This document shows positions 11,007-22,726 of a DNA stretch of 64,000 bases, in pieces. Numbering within the stretch: the stretch's first letter is position 1; every line of letters starts with the position of its first letter. Both the position numbers and the translations under genes were made by a program. The stretch is from NCBI GenBank assembly GCA_963785305.1, contig CAWAUV010000007.1:736001-800000 (forward strand), given 5' to 3'. The stretch is from an uncultured Planctomycetaceae bacterium (GTDB lineage Bacteria > Planctomycetota > Planctomycetia > Pirellulales > PALSA-1355). The notes under the pieces are model-generated. The model had not been told where the DNA came from, did not search any database, and worked only from the letters and a program-made list of their open reading frames with translations.

Positions 11007-12920
11007 CTAGGTCGACACGCTCGATTGCCGGCGCCGGGCGAGATACTCGACTTGCCCGCGGCTCTGCGCGAGCGAAGTGGTCACATAGCTGGCCCCGTTC
11101 TTTCGCAATCGCACCAACACGCGATCGAAATTCTTGGTGTTGCCCCAATAACCGACCACGATCGGCAAATCCTTGTGCAAGCGCCGCGCCATCTTGCACA
11201 GGTAGCATGCCTGCGGCAATCCGCCCGGCGGGAGGACGCTGATAAACAAGATCGGCGATCCGCCGCCGCTGGCCACGAGGCTCAACATATCGCCCGGCGG
11301 CGCGCGGCTGGCCACGGCCCGCGCCGCGATGCCCGCGCGCGTAACCACCGACGCCAGCATTCGCCCCACGAGCTCTTCCGAAACATGGTGCGCCGGGCAG
11401 CAGATCACATGGGCCGCTTCGCCGGGCGGCGATTCCGGGTCGGCGATGTTCGCCTCGGCCGGCGCCGGTTCGATGTTCGTCGAGGTGCTCTCGGCAATCA
11501 GCGAATCGCAATCTTCGAGGATCGCGCGAGCCGCCGTGTAGAGCGACTCTTCCTCCGCCACCGAGAGCGAGCCGCGGGCCCGATCGCGCCGGGCGAGCGC
11601 GAAGGCGGGAATCGCCACCGTGTCGTAAGCCGATTCGAGCCCTCGGGCGGCGATCTCGGCTTCGAGGCCGGCGCTCGCTTCGCGCGGATCGCCGGCGAGC
11701 AGCCGTTGGTAGAAGCGGACATTCGCGGCGAAAGTCTTGCGACCGCCCAGCAATTGGGCGAGCACTCCCAGCCTCGGCACGTGTTGCCCCAAGACGACGG
11801 CGCACACGGTCAGCGGCGTCGAGAGCAGCAAGCCGATCGGTCCCCAGATCCACGTCCAAAAGGCCGCCGCCACGAGCAGCGCGATCGGCGTCACGCCGGT
11901 ATTGTGCCCCATGAAAAGCGGTTCGATGAAATTGCCGACCAGGGCATTGATCACCACGAAGGCGCCCAACATGCCCACCGCCGGCCCCCAACCCGGAAAA
12001 AGCGCCACGCTGAGCAGCAGCGGACAGGCCGCCGCTAACCAAGTGCCCATGAATGGCACGAATCGCAAGAGCGCCACGAGCAGCCCCCACAAAAGCGCGA
12101 ACGGCGCTCCGATCACTCCGATCACGATCGCATAGGCGAGTCCCACGCCGGCATTGACGATCGTTTGCGCGAGCAAGTAGTGGCTCAGCCGCTGGGTGGT
12201 GGCGCCTACCATGCGCGTGGTGTGCGCGATGCGGTTCTGACCCATGAGGCCAATCATGCGGTCTCGCAGGTCCTCGCGATGCGTCAGCATGAAGAGCACG
12301 AGCACGATCACCAAACCGGCGGTGGCCAGCGGACGCACGATCGGCGCCGCCGCTTGTAGCACGCGAGTGAGGCTCGACTCGCGCGGCGCCGCCACCACCA
12401 CCCGGCTCGCCACGGTCGGTTCGCCGCTCGTCGGGTCCGTGCTTGGCGGGTCCGTGTTTGGCGGGCCGTCCGCGGCCGTGGGTTCGGCTTCGAGTTCGCG
12501 GGCCATGCGCAAGAGGTCGCCAATGGCGCCGCCGTGCAGCTCGCGAAGTTTGTCGAGCTTGGCGCGAATCTCGCGTTTATGGTTCGGCATGTCCGCCGCC
12601 AATCGCTGGACCTGCACGCCGGTTGTCCAGCCAATGGCGCCGATGGTCGCGAAGGCCAGACAAACCACGATCAACACCGCCGGCCCACGCCGCAACCCAA
12701 GCCTTTCCAGCCGAGCCACGATCGGTGAAAGCACGAAGCTGAGTAGCATTGCCAGCGCGAGCGGCACCAGCAAGGGCTTCATCAAATAGAGGATCAGCCC
12801 TACTAGCATCATGCCGGCAAGCGGGAAGACATATTCGTGATTGGCGCGCCGCGAGCGGGATTTGACCATGACTACCACGGGGACCGTGACGAACCGGAAA
12901 CGATGACTAGAGTCGACCAT
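11007..12920 (-). CDS. AI-2E family transporter with C-terminal cytoplasmic domains
   Basis: Multiple TM segments, LRFVPFMG, NFIEPLFMG, FWTWIWGPIGLLLSTPLT. True start may be downstream (about 12813). Confidence 0.9.
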   Translation of the reverse strand: MVDSSHRFRFVTVPVVVMVKSRSRRANHEYVFPLAGMMLVGLILYLMKPLLVPLALAMLLSFVLSPIVARLERLGLRRGPAVLIVVCLAFATIGAIGWTTGVQVQRLAADMPNHKREIRAKLDKLRELHGGAIGDLLRMARELEAEPTAADGPPNTDPPSTDPTSGEPTVASRVVVAAPRESSLTRVLQAAAPIVRPLATAGLVIVLVLFMLTHREDLRDRMIGLMGQNRIAHTTRMVGATTQRLSHYLLAQTIVNAGVGLAYAIVIGVIGAPFALLWGLLVALLRFVPFMGTWLAAACPLLLSVALFPGWGPAVGMLGAFVVINALVGNFIEPLFMGHNTGVTPIALLVAAAFWTWIWGPIGLLLSTPLTVCAVVLGQHVPRLGVLAQLLGGRKTFAANVRFYQRLLAGDPREASAGLEAEIAARGLESAYDTVAIPAFALARRDRARGSLSVAEEESLYTAARAILEDCDSLIAESTSTNIEPAPAEANIADPESPPGEAAHVICCPAHHVSEELVGRMLASVVTRAGIAARAVASRAPPGDMLSLVASGGGSPILFISVLPPGGLPQACYLCKMARRLHKDLPIVVGYWGNTKNFDRVLVRLRKNGASYVTTSLAQSRGQVEYLARRRQSSVST

Positions 12921-13202
12921 GAAGCTCCAGCGGAATGCCGGAAGCCCGTAAATTGCCTGCCGAAAGCCCCATTGTTTGATTGCAAACGCGAAGCTACCAG
13001 GGGTGGCAACAGCAAATCATGCGCCGGCAAATTGCGACGGCTGGCCATCGACTCCGCGGTCCGCGTTAAGTTTTCCGGGCAAGAAGCCGATACGAGTGAC
13101 ACATTTCGCGAGATTCCCCGGATTTCGGGCCGGGTCGTCGGGTCCGTCGTTAGTCGGCAAACGCCATTCACCCCCTCGATACAACCGGCAGCGAGGCTCG
13201 GC

Positions 13203-13676
13203 ATGAGCAGCGACACATCGGCAATGGCTTTCACGGCCCCGCTGGGCGATGGGGCTCCAGCGCCCGTGGGCGCGTTTGGTCAAAAATCGCCCGGCGCGGC
13301 TCCGCAAAGCGCAGCTGTCGGCGGGAGATCGGCATTTGCCCCCGCAGCAAGCCTGTCGGCCCACCAGCCGCCGGAAGAGCTCTCGCTCGAAACCTTGCCG
13401 AGCTTCAGCCGCAATTTGCTGCGGATTCGAATTCCGGTCACGGTCACTTTGGCCAGCAAGCGCCAAGCGGTGGGCAAAATCGTCGAGCTGTTGCCCGGCT
13501 CGATCATTCAGTTCAGCAAGTCATGTGAGGAAATGCTCGAAATGGAAGTCAACGGGCATCCGATCGCGCTGGGCGAGTGCGTGAAGGTGGGCGACAAATT
13601 CGGGCTGCGCGTCACCTCGATTCAAATGCCGGGCGAGCGCTTCGAATCGGTCGGCCGCCCGCGAGTTCGCCGCTAG
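13203..13676 (+). CDS. FliM/FliN C-terminal (SpoA) domain protein
   Basis: IPVTVTLASKR...LLPGSIIQFSK...GECVKVGDKFGLRVT. Confidence 0.85.
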   Translation: MSSDTSAMAFTAPLGDGAPAPVGAFGQKSPGAAPQSAAVGGRSAFAPAASLSAHQPPEELSLETLPSFSRNLLRIRIPVTVTLASKRQAVGKIVELLPGSIIQFSKSCEEMLEMEVNGHPIALGECVKVGDKFGLRVTSIQMPGERFESVGRPRVRR

Positions 13677-13696
13677 CCGCCCGCGGGGCGGTGCGC

Positions 13697-14851
13697 TCAA
13701 CGCACTTCAAGCATCCGCTCCAGCGCCACGCGCGACCAGCCGGCGGTTTCATCGTCGACCCGAATCACATTCACCGGGTCGCCCGCCGCCAGCCGCTCCA
13801 GGCACCAGCACAAGTGCGCCAGGTCGATGCGATACATCGTGGCGCACATGCAGACGACCGGCGATAGGAAGTGAATCTCCTGTTCGGGATGTTCACGCTT
13901 GAGCCGATTGACCAAGTGCAACTCGGTGCCGATCGCCCACTTGGTTCCCGCCGGCGCCGACTCGATCTCGCGAATGATCTTGCCGGTCGAACCTTGAATG
14001 TCGGACTTATCGACTACTTCCATCGGGCACTCGGGATGCACGAGAATCTTGATGCCCGGCGTCGTGGCGCGAAATCGATCGACATGCTCTGGGCGAAACA
14101 TGCCATGCACGCTGCAATGCCCGCGCCAGAGCAGCACCTTGCTTCGGGCAATCGCCTCCGGCGTGTTTCCGCCGAGCTCCAGGCTCGGATCCCAAACCGG
14201 CATCGCGTCGAGCGAGATTCCCATCGCCTTGGCCGTGTTGCGTCCGAGATGCTGGTCGGGAAAGAAGAGTACCCGAGCGGTGCGGGCAAAGGCCCACTTC
14301 AACACCGCCGCCGCATTGCTCGAAGTGCATACAATTCCGCCATGCCGCCCGCAAAATGCCTTGAGACTGGCGGCCGAATTGATGTAGGTGACCGGTGTGA
14401 TGTCGGCGGTGTCGATCACATCGCCGAGCTCATCCCAGGCGGCTTCCACCTGCTCGATCGCGGCCATGTCGGCCATCGAGCAGCCCGCCGCCAAGTCGGG
14501 CAGCACCACGGCGACCCGCTCGCCGCCGCGAGAGGCCAAGCGTTCGGGCCGGTTAGCGAGAATATCGGCGGTCTCGGCCATGAAATGCACGCCGCAAAAC
14601 GCGATGGCGCGGCAATCGCCGCTCTCGGCGGCCATTTTGCTGAGCTGGTAGCTATCGCCGCGCAGATCGGAAAGCGCGATGACCTCATCTTGCTGATAAT
14701 GATGCCCCAGCACCAAAAGGCGCGGTCCAAGCGATTGGCGCACCGCTTCGATCCGCTCGACGAGCGTCGCATTGTCGAGCGAGCGGTAGGGACGAAAATC
14801 CTCGGCGCCGCCCCCGGGCGTTGAACAAGCGTGGACATATCGATTCGCCAA
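13697..14851 (-). CDS. nadA: Quinolinate synthase
   Basis: LGHHYQ, GDSYQL, FCGVHFMAET, AGCSMADM, YINS, CTSSNA, FPDQHLG, HCSVH, VHPEC, CATM. Confidence 0.96.
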   Translation of the reverse strand: MANRYVHACSTPGGGAEDFRPYRSLDNATLVERIEAVRQSLGPRLLVLGHHYQQDEVIALSDLRGDSYQLSKMAAESGDCRAIAFCGVHFMAETADILANRPERLASRGGERVAVVLPDLAAGCSMADMAAIEQVEAAWDELGDVIDTADITPVTYINSAASLKAFCGRHGGIVCTSSNAAAVLKWAFARTARVLFFPDQHLGRNTAKAMGISLDAMPVWDPSLELGGNTPEAIARSKVLLWRGHCSVHGMFRPEHVDRFRATTPGIKILVHPECPMEVVDKSDIQGSTGKIIREIESAPAGTKWAIGTELHLVNRLKREHPEQEIHFLSPVVCMCATMYRIDLAHLCWCLERLAAGDPVNVIRVDDETAGWSRVALERMLEVR

Positions 14852-15189
14852 AGGAAATTAGAAATTAAAACGCGCCGCGGGCCGAGCGCGGCCTTGGCCG
14901 GTCGGCCGGCTTGCTCCTGGGCCAGCGGCATCCTACCATCATTATATCGGATCGCCTGGGCGGCGAAGCGCCGGGGCTCGCCCGTTTTGGGTGCGGAGTC
15001 CGTTTTTGAAGCGGGCCTGTTCACGCGGCCGGCGCCGGCATCCACGAATCGCCGGATTTGCTTCAACTCGCGGGCGGCCGCGAAGAAAAAACGGCCGCTA
15101 GCCGATTGGCGGTCGGCGTGGCGGAGCATACATTGAGTAAAAGAAAGCGCGATCGACTCGACCGACTGCGACGCAGGAACCGCTGGGCC

Positions 15190-16040
15190 ATGAATTGCGA
15201 CCGGGTTTTCGCCGTGCTCACACGAGGGCCGTTTCCCACGGGCGACCCCTCGGACGAAGCCGTCGAGACACATCTCGCTCGGTGCGCCGAATGTCGCCGG
15301 TTGGCCGAGGCGCTGCGACCCGCCGCCCGGCTCAAGGACGAGCGCGGTCTCCGAGCCCCGGAAATGATCGGCCGCATGGTCGAAGAGATCGTGGGCGCCG
15401 AGGAACGGCGAATGCTTCCCGGCTACTGGGGCGACGCGGGCAGTGAAGAAGCCGGCGCTCTGTTGGCCCGTTTTTCCGATGGCGATCGCCCCGGCGCGGG
15501 TTCCGCGGGGCCGACGAGCATCGCCGGTTCGATGGCTCGCGGACCGAGGACCGCTTCGGCCAGCCGCGGCGTTTTTCGCCACCCGCGAATTTGGATCATG
15601 GGCGCTGCCGTGGCGTTGGGACTCGCTTTGGGCGCTTCGTTTCGCTACTTAGGCAGCCTGGATGATCCGCCGCTCTGGGGCGGCGCCGGGCATCGTGTTC
15701 TACCGGTGAATGCCGACCGAGGCGCGGGCGTCGACAATTCGCGCCTGCTCTCGACGACGCGTCAATTGATCGCCGCCCAACATTTGCCCGCCGCTTGCCG
15801 GGTTTGGCCCTTGCCGGGCATTGCTCCGTGCGCGAGCGAGTCACTCAGACGCCGACTGGGCCGGGCATTAAGCACTCGCTCGCCTCGTTTACCCAGCCGA
15901 GCGAACATCAGGCTTGCTGCACGCATTGCCATCACGCGGGCGCTGGCATTGAAATCCCGCGGTCGGCCGGCACCGCCGTGAGAAACAATTGCAAGTTCTG
16001 CCACGGCGACATACCGTGCGCCGCCACCGACACATGGTGA
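15190..16040 (+). CDS. Membrane protein with N-terminal zinc-finger (anti-sigma-like HxxxCxxC) and frameshifted C-terminus bearing two CxxCH motifs
   Basis: MNCD...HLARCAECRRL, then TM IWIMGAAVALGLALGASF. After a shift near 15800, ORF 15795-16040 gives CCTHCH and CKFCH. Confidence 0.65.
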
Positions 16041-16059
16041 ACTGAAAACTAGAGCCGCC

Positions 16060-16910
16060 ATGCAAGTCGTCATCACCGCCGTCGGGCCCGATAATCGCGG
16101 CCTGGCCGATCCGATCGTGCATTACGTCACCGGGCTCGGCGCGAACATCACCGAAATCCAGATGTATGACCACGGGCAGATGGCGCTCTTCGCCATGTTG
16201 CTGCGCATGGAGCTCGAGCCGCGCGGTTCGAGGAGCTGCGGCCCGCTTTGGCCGAGGTGGGTCGCGACACCGGGCTCTCGGTGCGGGTGTGGTCGCCCGA
16301 GGAACGCGCCAGCCGGCCGCGGCTCGCGATTTGCGCCACGATTCGGCCCGAGCCGGCGCTCGCGTTGTTGCGCGCGATCCGCGACGGGCGAATTCGCGCC
16401 GAAGCCGCGGTCGTGATCGGCAATCGTCCGAATTGCCGCTATCTGGCCGAGCAGTTCAATGTCGAATGGCAAATGATCGGCAACGAGCACGGCGCCGCCG
16501 ACGATGATCGCCTGATCGACATTTGCGACGAGCGCCAGATCGATTACATCGTGCTCGCCCGCTATATGCGCATCTTGCCGGCCTCGAGCTGCTGGAAGTA
16601 CGCCGGCGGCCGAATCATCAATTTGCATCACGGACTTCTGCCCAGTTTTCCGGGCATGCGGCCTTATCACGAAGCGCATGCCTGCCACATGCTCACCTAT
16701 GGAGCCACGTGTCACTTTATCGTGCCCGAACTCGACGCGGGAAATCAGATCATCTATCAATCGACCTTCACCGTGGGCCATGGGATGAAGCTCGACGATA
16801 TCATGCTGCGGGGCCAGGAAGACAACGAGCCGCACTGCTTGGTCGAAGGCGTGCGGCGCGTGGTCGATCGCGAGGTCGCGCTGCATTTCCATCGGGTCGT
16901 GGCGCGGTGA
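16060..16910 (+). CDS. purU: Formyltetrahydrofolate deformylase (ACT plus formyltransferase); frameshift near 16225
   Basis: ACT domain ITAVGPDNRGL; VLARYMRIL, IINLHHGLLPSFPG, GATCHF..PELDAG. Confidence 0.88.
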
Positions 16911-16950
16911 AGCGCGGGCCGGCGCTGTCGATGCGAAACGGCCGGCGAGC

Positions 16951-17128
16951 GCTCGTGCTCGTTCATGGCTGAAATGATGGATAATTCGGTTTGCGCGTGT
17001 GCCATGCCCACTGCCTTGAGTGGGCATGTTTTCAAATGCCCCGCGAAGTCCTCATGCCCACGCAGGGCCGTGGGCATGGCACACGGAACGAATCCAATCC
17101 ATCATTGCAGCCGTGACAAAGCACTAGC
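16951..17128. mobile_element. MITE-like element with about 32-bp imperfect terminal inverted repeats enclosing an inverted REP-like pair
   Basis: Left GCTCGTGCTCGTTCATGGCTGAAATGATGGAT versus reverse complement of right GCTAGTGCTTTGTCACGGCTGCAATGATGGAT. Inside are hairpins GTGTGCCATGCCCAC..GTGGGCATG and CATGCCCAC..GTGGGCATGGCACAC (16996-17085). Confidence 0.6.
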
Positions 17129-17157
17129 AGCCTGATGAATATTTCAACAGGCTGCTA
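17125..17157. repeat. Palindrome TAGCAGCCTG.TGAA-TAT-TTCA.CAGGCTGCTA (fused IS-like ends or bidirectional terminator)
   Basis: Near-perfect 15-bp inverted repeat between convergent purU and sulfatase genes. Confidence 0.65.
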
Positions 17158-17183
17158 CCGTGAAATTCCAGCTTCCGACTTCT

Positions 17184-18665
17184 TTAGCCCGCGGCGGGTC
17201 GGGCCACCGCCGGTTGGGCCGGTTTGCCACCGGGCTTCGTGAGACCGTGGCGCTGGATCACGCTCTCCGGCTCCACCTGGGCGCCTTGGTCGTGCGTGCG
17301 CTCGATCCAGTCGTCGAGCGCGGTGCGCAGCCGCTCGAGCGTCGCTTGGTGTTCGGGCGAGTTGACCAGATTGTTAACCTCATGGGGATCGGTTTCCAGA
17401 TCGTACAGCTCTTCAGGCGCCATGCTCGGATCACACAGCCTCCGCTGCTCGGGTGTGAGCTTCCCGGTGTCGGCGAGCGAACGCATCGCCGCGATTACCG
17501 GGTAGCTCTGATCCTTGTAGCCATTGGGGCTCAAGAAGGGCCGCTCCGGAGTAAAATTGCGGATATAGCGGTAGCGGGCATCGCGCACCGTGCGAATGCG
17601 GAAATACGTTTCGTCGCAGCGGTCGCGGCCGCCGAAAACATATTCCCGCGGCGGATCGGCCGTGGAACCCAGGAACACGCGGCCTTCCATGCCTTCGGGC
17701 CGCGGCTGGCCGGCGATCGCGAGCATCGTGGGCAGGAAATCGATCGCCGCGATCAGCCGATTGTCGACCGTGCCCGGCTCGAAGCCTCGCGGCGTGGGAA
17801 ACGCTTTCGGCCAGCGAATGATGAGCGGAATATGGAGGCCGGTTTCATAGCACCATTGCTTGCCCCGGGCTTGCGATTGTCCATTGTCGCCGAAGAACAC
17901 GATCACCGTCGAGTCGGCCAGCCCGTCGGCCGTGAGTTGATCGAGCACCCGGCCGACCTTGTGGTCTAGCTCCGTGGCCGAGTCGAGATACGCGGCCCAG
18001 TCCTTGCGCACTTCGAGAGTGTCGGGATAATACGGCGGCAATTTCACTTTCGCCGGGTCGGCATGGCCGGCGCCGTGATAGGGGCGATGGGTCTCGTCGA
18101 AGTTGAGTTGGGCGTAGAAGGGTTGATGCTTGGCGAGATCGTTCCAATCGTGGGAATCAAACGGATCGGCCGCGTGGGTGAAGTTCCAGTCGACTTTGCC
18201 CATGCCTGGAAAGCCAACCGTGGGCGGCATCTTTTTCAGATTGGCCGTGTAATAACCGGCGTCGTGCATCCAATCGGTGATCGGTCGCACTCCGCGGGGC
18301 AGCGTGAAACCATCGTCGCGATGCGAGCGGTGATTGTGTGCGCCGATCGTGGTTTGATACATGCCGGTGCAAAAGGCCGAGCGGCTGGGCGAACAGACCG
18401 GGCAAGTGGTGTATGCCTTGGTATATCGCACCCCTTCCGCGGCCAGCCGGTCGAGCCGCGGAGTCGAGACTTGCGTCTCGCCGTAGCAGCCGAGCTCGAC
18501 GCCCAAATCCTCGGCGATCAGCCACAGGATATTCGGACGCGCGGCCTTCGTGGCGGGCGAATTCTCCGCGGCCACGAGGCGTGGCGACACCGGAGTGCCA
18601 GCAAGCAGCAGAACCGCGACCAACAACAGCTTGCAAACAACTCTCGATCCGCGAATGTCGCTCAT
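17184..18665 (-). CDS. Secreted sulfatase (formylglycine-dependent)
   Basis: PNILWLIAED, CSPSRS, GDNG, RYRYIRN, EELYDLETDPHE; signal peptide. Confidence 0.95.
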   Translation of the reverse strand: MSDIRGSRVVCKLLLVAVLLLAGTPVSPRLVAAENSPATKAARPNILWLIAEDLGVELGCYGETQVSTPRLDRLAAEGVRYTKAYTTCPVCSPSRSAFCTGMYQTTIGAHNHRSHRDDGFTLPRGVRPITDWMHDAGYYTANLKKMPPTVGFPGMGKVDWNFTHAADPFDSHDWNDLAKHQPFYAQLNFDETHRPYHGAGHADPAKVKLPPYYPDTLEVRKDWAAYLDSATELDHKVGRVLDQLTADGLADSTVIVFFGDNGQSQARGKQWCYETGLHIPLIIRWPKAFPTPRGFEPGTVDNRLIAAIDFLPTMLAIAGQPRPEGMEGRVFLGSTADPPREYVFGGRDRCDETYFRIRTVRDARYRYIRNFTPERPFLSPNGYKDQSYPVIAAMRSLADTGKLTPEQRRLCDPSMAPEELYDLETDPHEVNNLVNSPEHQATLERLRTALDDWIERTHDQGAQVEPESVIQRHGLTKPGGKPAQPAVARPAAG

Positions 18666-18825
18666 GGTGGCCTCTGACGCTTGCGCTCGCGACTGCGCAA
18701 GCCGCATGGCTTGCCATGAAGTCGCCGGAGCGGAAATGCGCGAAACAGCCTCGTCGGGCCGCCCGCGAGTCGCCATTGTACTTCATCGCCTCGGCCGCCG
18801 CCAAAAGGATCGCCCCCAGCTCGCT

Positions 18826-19211
18826 TTAACCACGGCGCGAGTACAACGGCGTCAACAGCCAATCGGCTTCGAGCGGTTTCGAGAGATAGAGATCCGGCCC
18901 ATTCGCGCGGGCCATGATTTCGATCTGCTCGTCGTATTCATCATTCACCAGCGCCACCGTGCTCCTGGGAAACACCACCGCAGCATCTCCAGCAGGTCCG
19001 TGCCCGACATATCGGGTAGATGGATATTCACGACCCACAAATTCGGCGGTGTCGAAGCGTCGCAGCGGAGCGCGTCGCGACCGGCGCCGAAAAATTGGAA
19101 TCGCAGTTCCGTGTCCGAGGTCTCATGCATCAGATTGGCATAGTCCTCGGCGCGAGCATCCACCACATGCACGAGGCGAAAATCCTTCGCTGCCGCGATC
19201 ATCATTGGCAT
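18826..19211 (-). CDS. Atypical receiver-domain protein (Asp to Asn), copy 1; frameshift near 18960
   Basis: HVVDAR, PPNLWVVNIHLPDMSGTDLL; continues as VALVNDEYD...YLSKPLEADWL. GGAGGG RBS. Confidence 0.75.
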
Positions 19212-19430
19212 CCCTCCGTCGTTGTGAGTAGGAACTGAATTCCTGCCGCTCTCGATGCCCGGTGGCGCCATCCCCGAGAAGCGGCGTCTCGAACCAACTG
19301 CCGCGAACCGCCCGCCCTCCTGGCGGGGATCATGCGCTCGCCGCGGCGTGCGCCTCGATCGTTGCGCGAGCCGCCACATCAAGTTTCACTTGCTCAATTT
19401 CCGATCGTCGCGATGCGAACTTGCCGGCCC

Positions 19431-22398
19431 TTAAATGCCTTGCAATGCTAGGCGGCCCGCCGATCGGCGCCCCCGCGGATTGCGAAAGCGAATCAGCCAA
19501 ATGGCGATTCCGGCCGCGGCCATCGCAGTGAGCGCCACGGTGCTAGGCTCGGACACGGCGGTGACCGTGAGCGTCACCGCGCCCCCGGCATAGTTATAAT
19601 TGACCATGTAGCTGTTCGTGCCATCGGTGATCGTGGCGCCGTTCGCCAGACCAGCGAACGTCGTTCCCGAGGGAAGCGTCGCCGCCGAAAGAATCGTGAG
19701 CACGTTGCCCAGCGTTTGCGGCGCGCCCGTGGGATCGCTCACCAGGAGCGTCGCCCCGCTGATCGACGCCGTTCCTCCGGGCACATAGAGCTCGCCGGTC
19801 GCGCTCCCGTTGGTCACGATGCTCAGTTCACCCGTTCCCGAGGCCAGGGTGACACCGCCGCCATTGACGGTCAATTCTCCCGGAATGGCGGGCGAGGCGC
19901 CCGGGGCGATGATGCCCTTGTCGAGCGCGAGTCCCGAGGCCGTGATCGATTCGCTGGCGCCGAGATAAATCGTGCCCGAGCCGCCCAGCGTCGCCGGGCC
20001 GGCGGCGCTGCCCGTGATCGTGTAATTGGAATTGATCGACGTCGTCGCGCTGCCGTGGGTTCCATCGACGTATAGCTCGCCGCCGTTCACGCTCGTGGGT
20101 CCCGAGTAATAATTCGCCCCACTGAGGGTCAGCGCGCGGTGTTGCCGCTCGCGAGCGTCAAGCTCAAGTTATCCGTGTCGCCGGCCAGGAGCGTGCCGAT
20201 CGGCGCCGCGAACGTCATGGCGCTCCCGGTGGTGTTGACGACGGTGATCGCGCTGCCGGAAGAAGCGTTGCTGTTGACCAAACCGTCTGCGGTCTGCCCG
20301 GTGGCGATGTTGGTCGAGAGACTGGAGACCGTGATGCTATTGCCATTTAAATCGAGTTGACCATAGGACTGACCCGCCAAGCCATTGCCAAACGTGAGCG
20401 CGGTCCCGCTGGGCAGCGACACGCCGGGACCCAGTTGATTGATGCTACCCGAATTGCTCTCGATGTATGTGTTGCCCGTGTATGTGAGCGGGCCATTGAA
20501 GATCGTGGTTCCCTTTCCACCGGGCGCATTGGAGTTGGCGATCGTCACATCCGAGGCGCCGCTGATTCCGCCATTGACGGTGAGCGTGTAGGCCTTGGTG
20601 GCGCCGATAAAGGTATTGAAAGTCCCGCCCACATTGCTCGAGTTCAACACGATGTTGTTGTCGATGACGACATTGCCCGCGCCGCTGTTCGCTTCGATCA
20701 CGGCGCCGCTCGCCGCCACCTGCACCAAGCCGCCGCCGCTGATAATGCCGGGCGAGCCCGCCGGCGCCTCCGATCAGGTCGAGTTGCATCGGGGCGTTGA
20801 TCGTGAGGTTGCCGACGAATTGGCCGGCGGTGGTGGGCAGTGTTTCGGTCATCGAGGGAAAGGAACTGTTCGTGGGCGTCAATTCCAAGTTGCCGCCCGC
20901 CGCCGTGATGGCCAAGGGACCGATGGCGGCGCCGAAAGTTCCACTCAGGTTCAAGGTCCCGCTCCCGGCGAGCGTGAGGCCAGCGCTGCTGGTGGCCGTG
21001 AGCCCGCCGGTGTAGGTGACGGTTTGTCCGGTCGCGCCGAAGTCAACCGTGCTCGTGGCGGTCAGCGTGATGCCGCGAGTCGAGGGCGAAGCGTCGTAGT
21101 TGCTCGCGAACTGCAGTGTGCCGCCGCCCAAAGTGACGCCGGCGCCGGCCGCGCCGCAAACCCGCGTCACCGGCGGTTCCGGTGTTCAACGTGCCGGCGT
21201 TGATGTATGTTCCGCCGCTGTAGCTGTTGGCGCTGTCGAGCACCAGCGTGCCGCCGACGCCCGAGACCGTGAGCGAACCGATGCCGGTGATTGCCCCGCC
21301 ACTGAACGTATAGGTTCCCGAGGTGTTGTTCACGGTCGTCGAGTAGGGATTGACGCCTGCGCCCGTGATCGTAACCGGTCCGACGCCCGTATTGCCGAAG
21401 GTCACGGCGTTCGTGCCATTGCTGGTGAAAGTGGCGCTCGACCCGCCGTTAAGCCAGTTCGCGGTGGTCGTGTCCCAAGTTCCACCGGCGCCCGACGCGT
21501 TCCACGTCAGATTGGCGGCCGCGACGACGCTGGGCGTGATCGAGAGATTCGTGATCCCCAGGCCCGAAGCTCCACCAGAATCCTGTTCGGTCCAATCCAC
21601 GACCAAGTAGGTTCCGGGCGCCCAGGAAAAACCGGAAATGGCGCCTGAAAGACTGGCCTGATCTCCCGCGGGAGGCGCCGCATTCGAGCCGGAGACGGTC
21701 GCGCTGGCGCTGCCGGTGGTGGGAGATGTGAAGTTCAAACCCGAGGGACCAGGGGTGAACGTGCCCGAGGTGATGCTTGACGGCAAGGTCGACGCGATTT
21801 GATAGCTCAAGTTCATCGCTTGCGTGCCGTTGGCCCACCACTCTTGACCGGTATAGGCGATATTGGCCGAGCCGTATGTATTGGCGGTGTTGTTATACAG
21901 CACCACGCCGACCGTCACCGTGCCGGTCGAACTGGTCATCAGGCCGCCCACGGCATTTACTTGGCTGCTCGCCGCGGGATTAACGAAGTTGTAGATGTAT
22001 CCGGTCGTGCCGCCGGGAATGCCGGTCGCGATTTTGAACGTCGACGATGTGGTTAGCTTCGACTCACTGCCATACCACCCATTGACGTTCGAGCTTGCCG
22101 TGTCCGAGACACCGAACAGGGTGTCCAAATTAAAAGAGGGGCCCGAGCCGCTCACGGTTGGCGCGGTGGTTCCCAAGCTCGAGAAGTTTTGCGTATAGGC
22201 GCCGCCCGAATAGGTCGCGTAGTTGTTCGACTGGGCCTGGGCGCGACCCATTCCCCAGCCAAAGCCGGACAGCGCAAGGGCGACGACAATCCTCGCCACC
22301 CGCCACCGGCGGCCGGACCCCTTGCAATTGGCGCGGCAATTGGCCCTTGGCCACGGACAACAAGCGGATTTGGATGCATGCACTGGCGTTTCTCCCAA
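19431..22398 (-). CDS. PEP-CTERM-type protein with autotransporter-associated beta-strand repeats; frameshifts near 21160, 20770 and 20135
   Basis: Four overlapping ORFs. LVLDSANSYSGGTYINAGTL repeat motif. C-terminal AVSEPST plus TM plus RFR. Start uncertain. Confidence 0.82.
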
Positions 22399-22726
22399 GT
22401 TCTCTATCAGGAATTAAACTTTCGCGCGACCCACGGAACCCGGGGGACTCGCGAGAAATGTGATTGGCTTCGCACTTCCTAGAACCACGAATACCTTAGT
22501 CAGCGACGATGAGTCTTTAATGAGCAAGTTGTTATTTAGCAAAGAGTTTTCGAGCACGGGCAACGCGGTTGCTTGTCCCGAAATCGACCACCATGTTGCG
22601 CGGGTTATTGAAACGGCGGGCTGCCTCGTGTCGCGAGTCATGAATATGTGGATTGCATGAGGACTACGTTGTTTGCATGAGGGCCGCGTTAGATTTCCAT
22701 TGGCGGCGCCGAAGGCCCCTGCCGGC

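Noticed and set aside
13203..13676. Flagellar or type III secretion locus
   Set aside because: Isolated FliN-like gene with no other flagellar or T3SS genes in the window.
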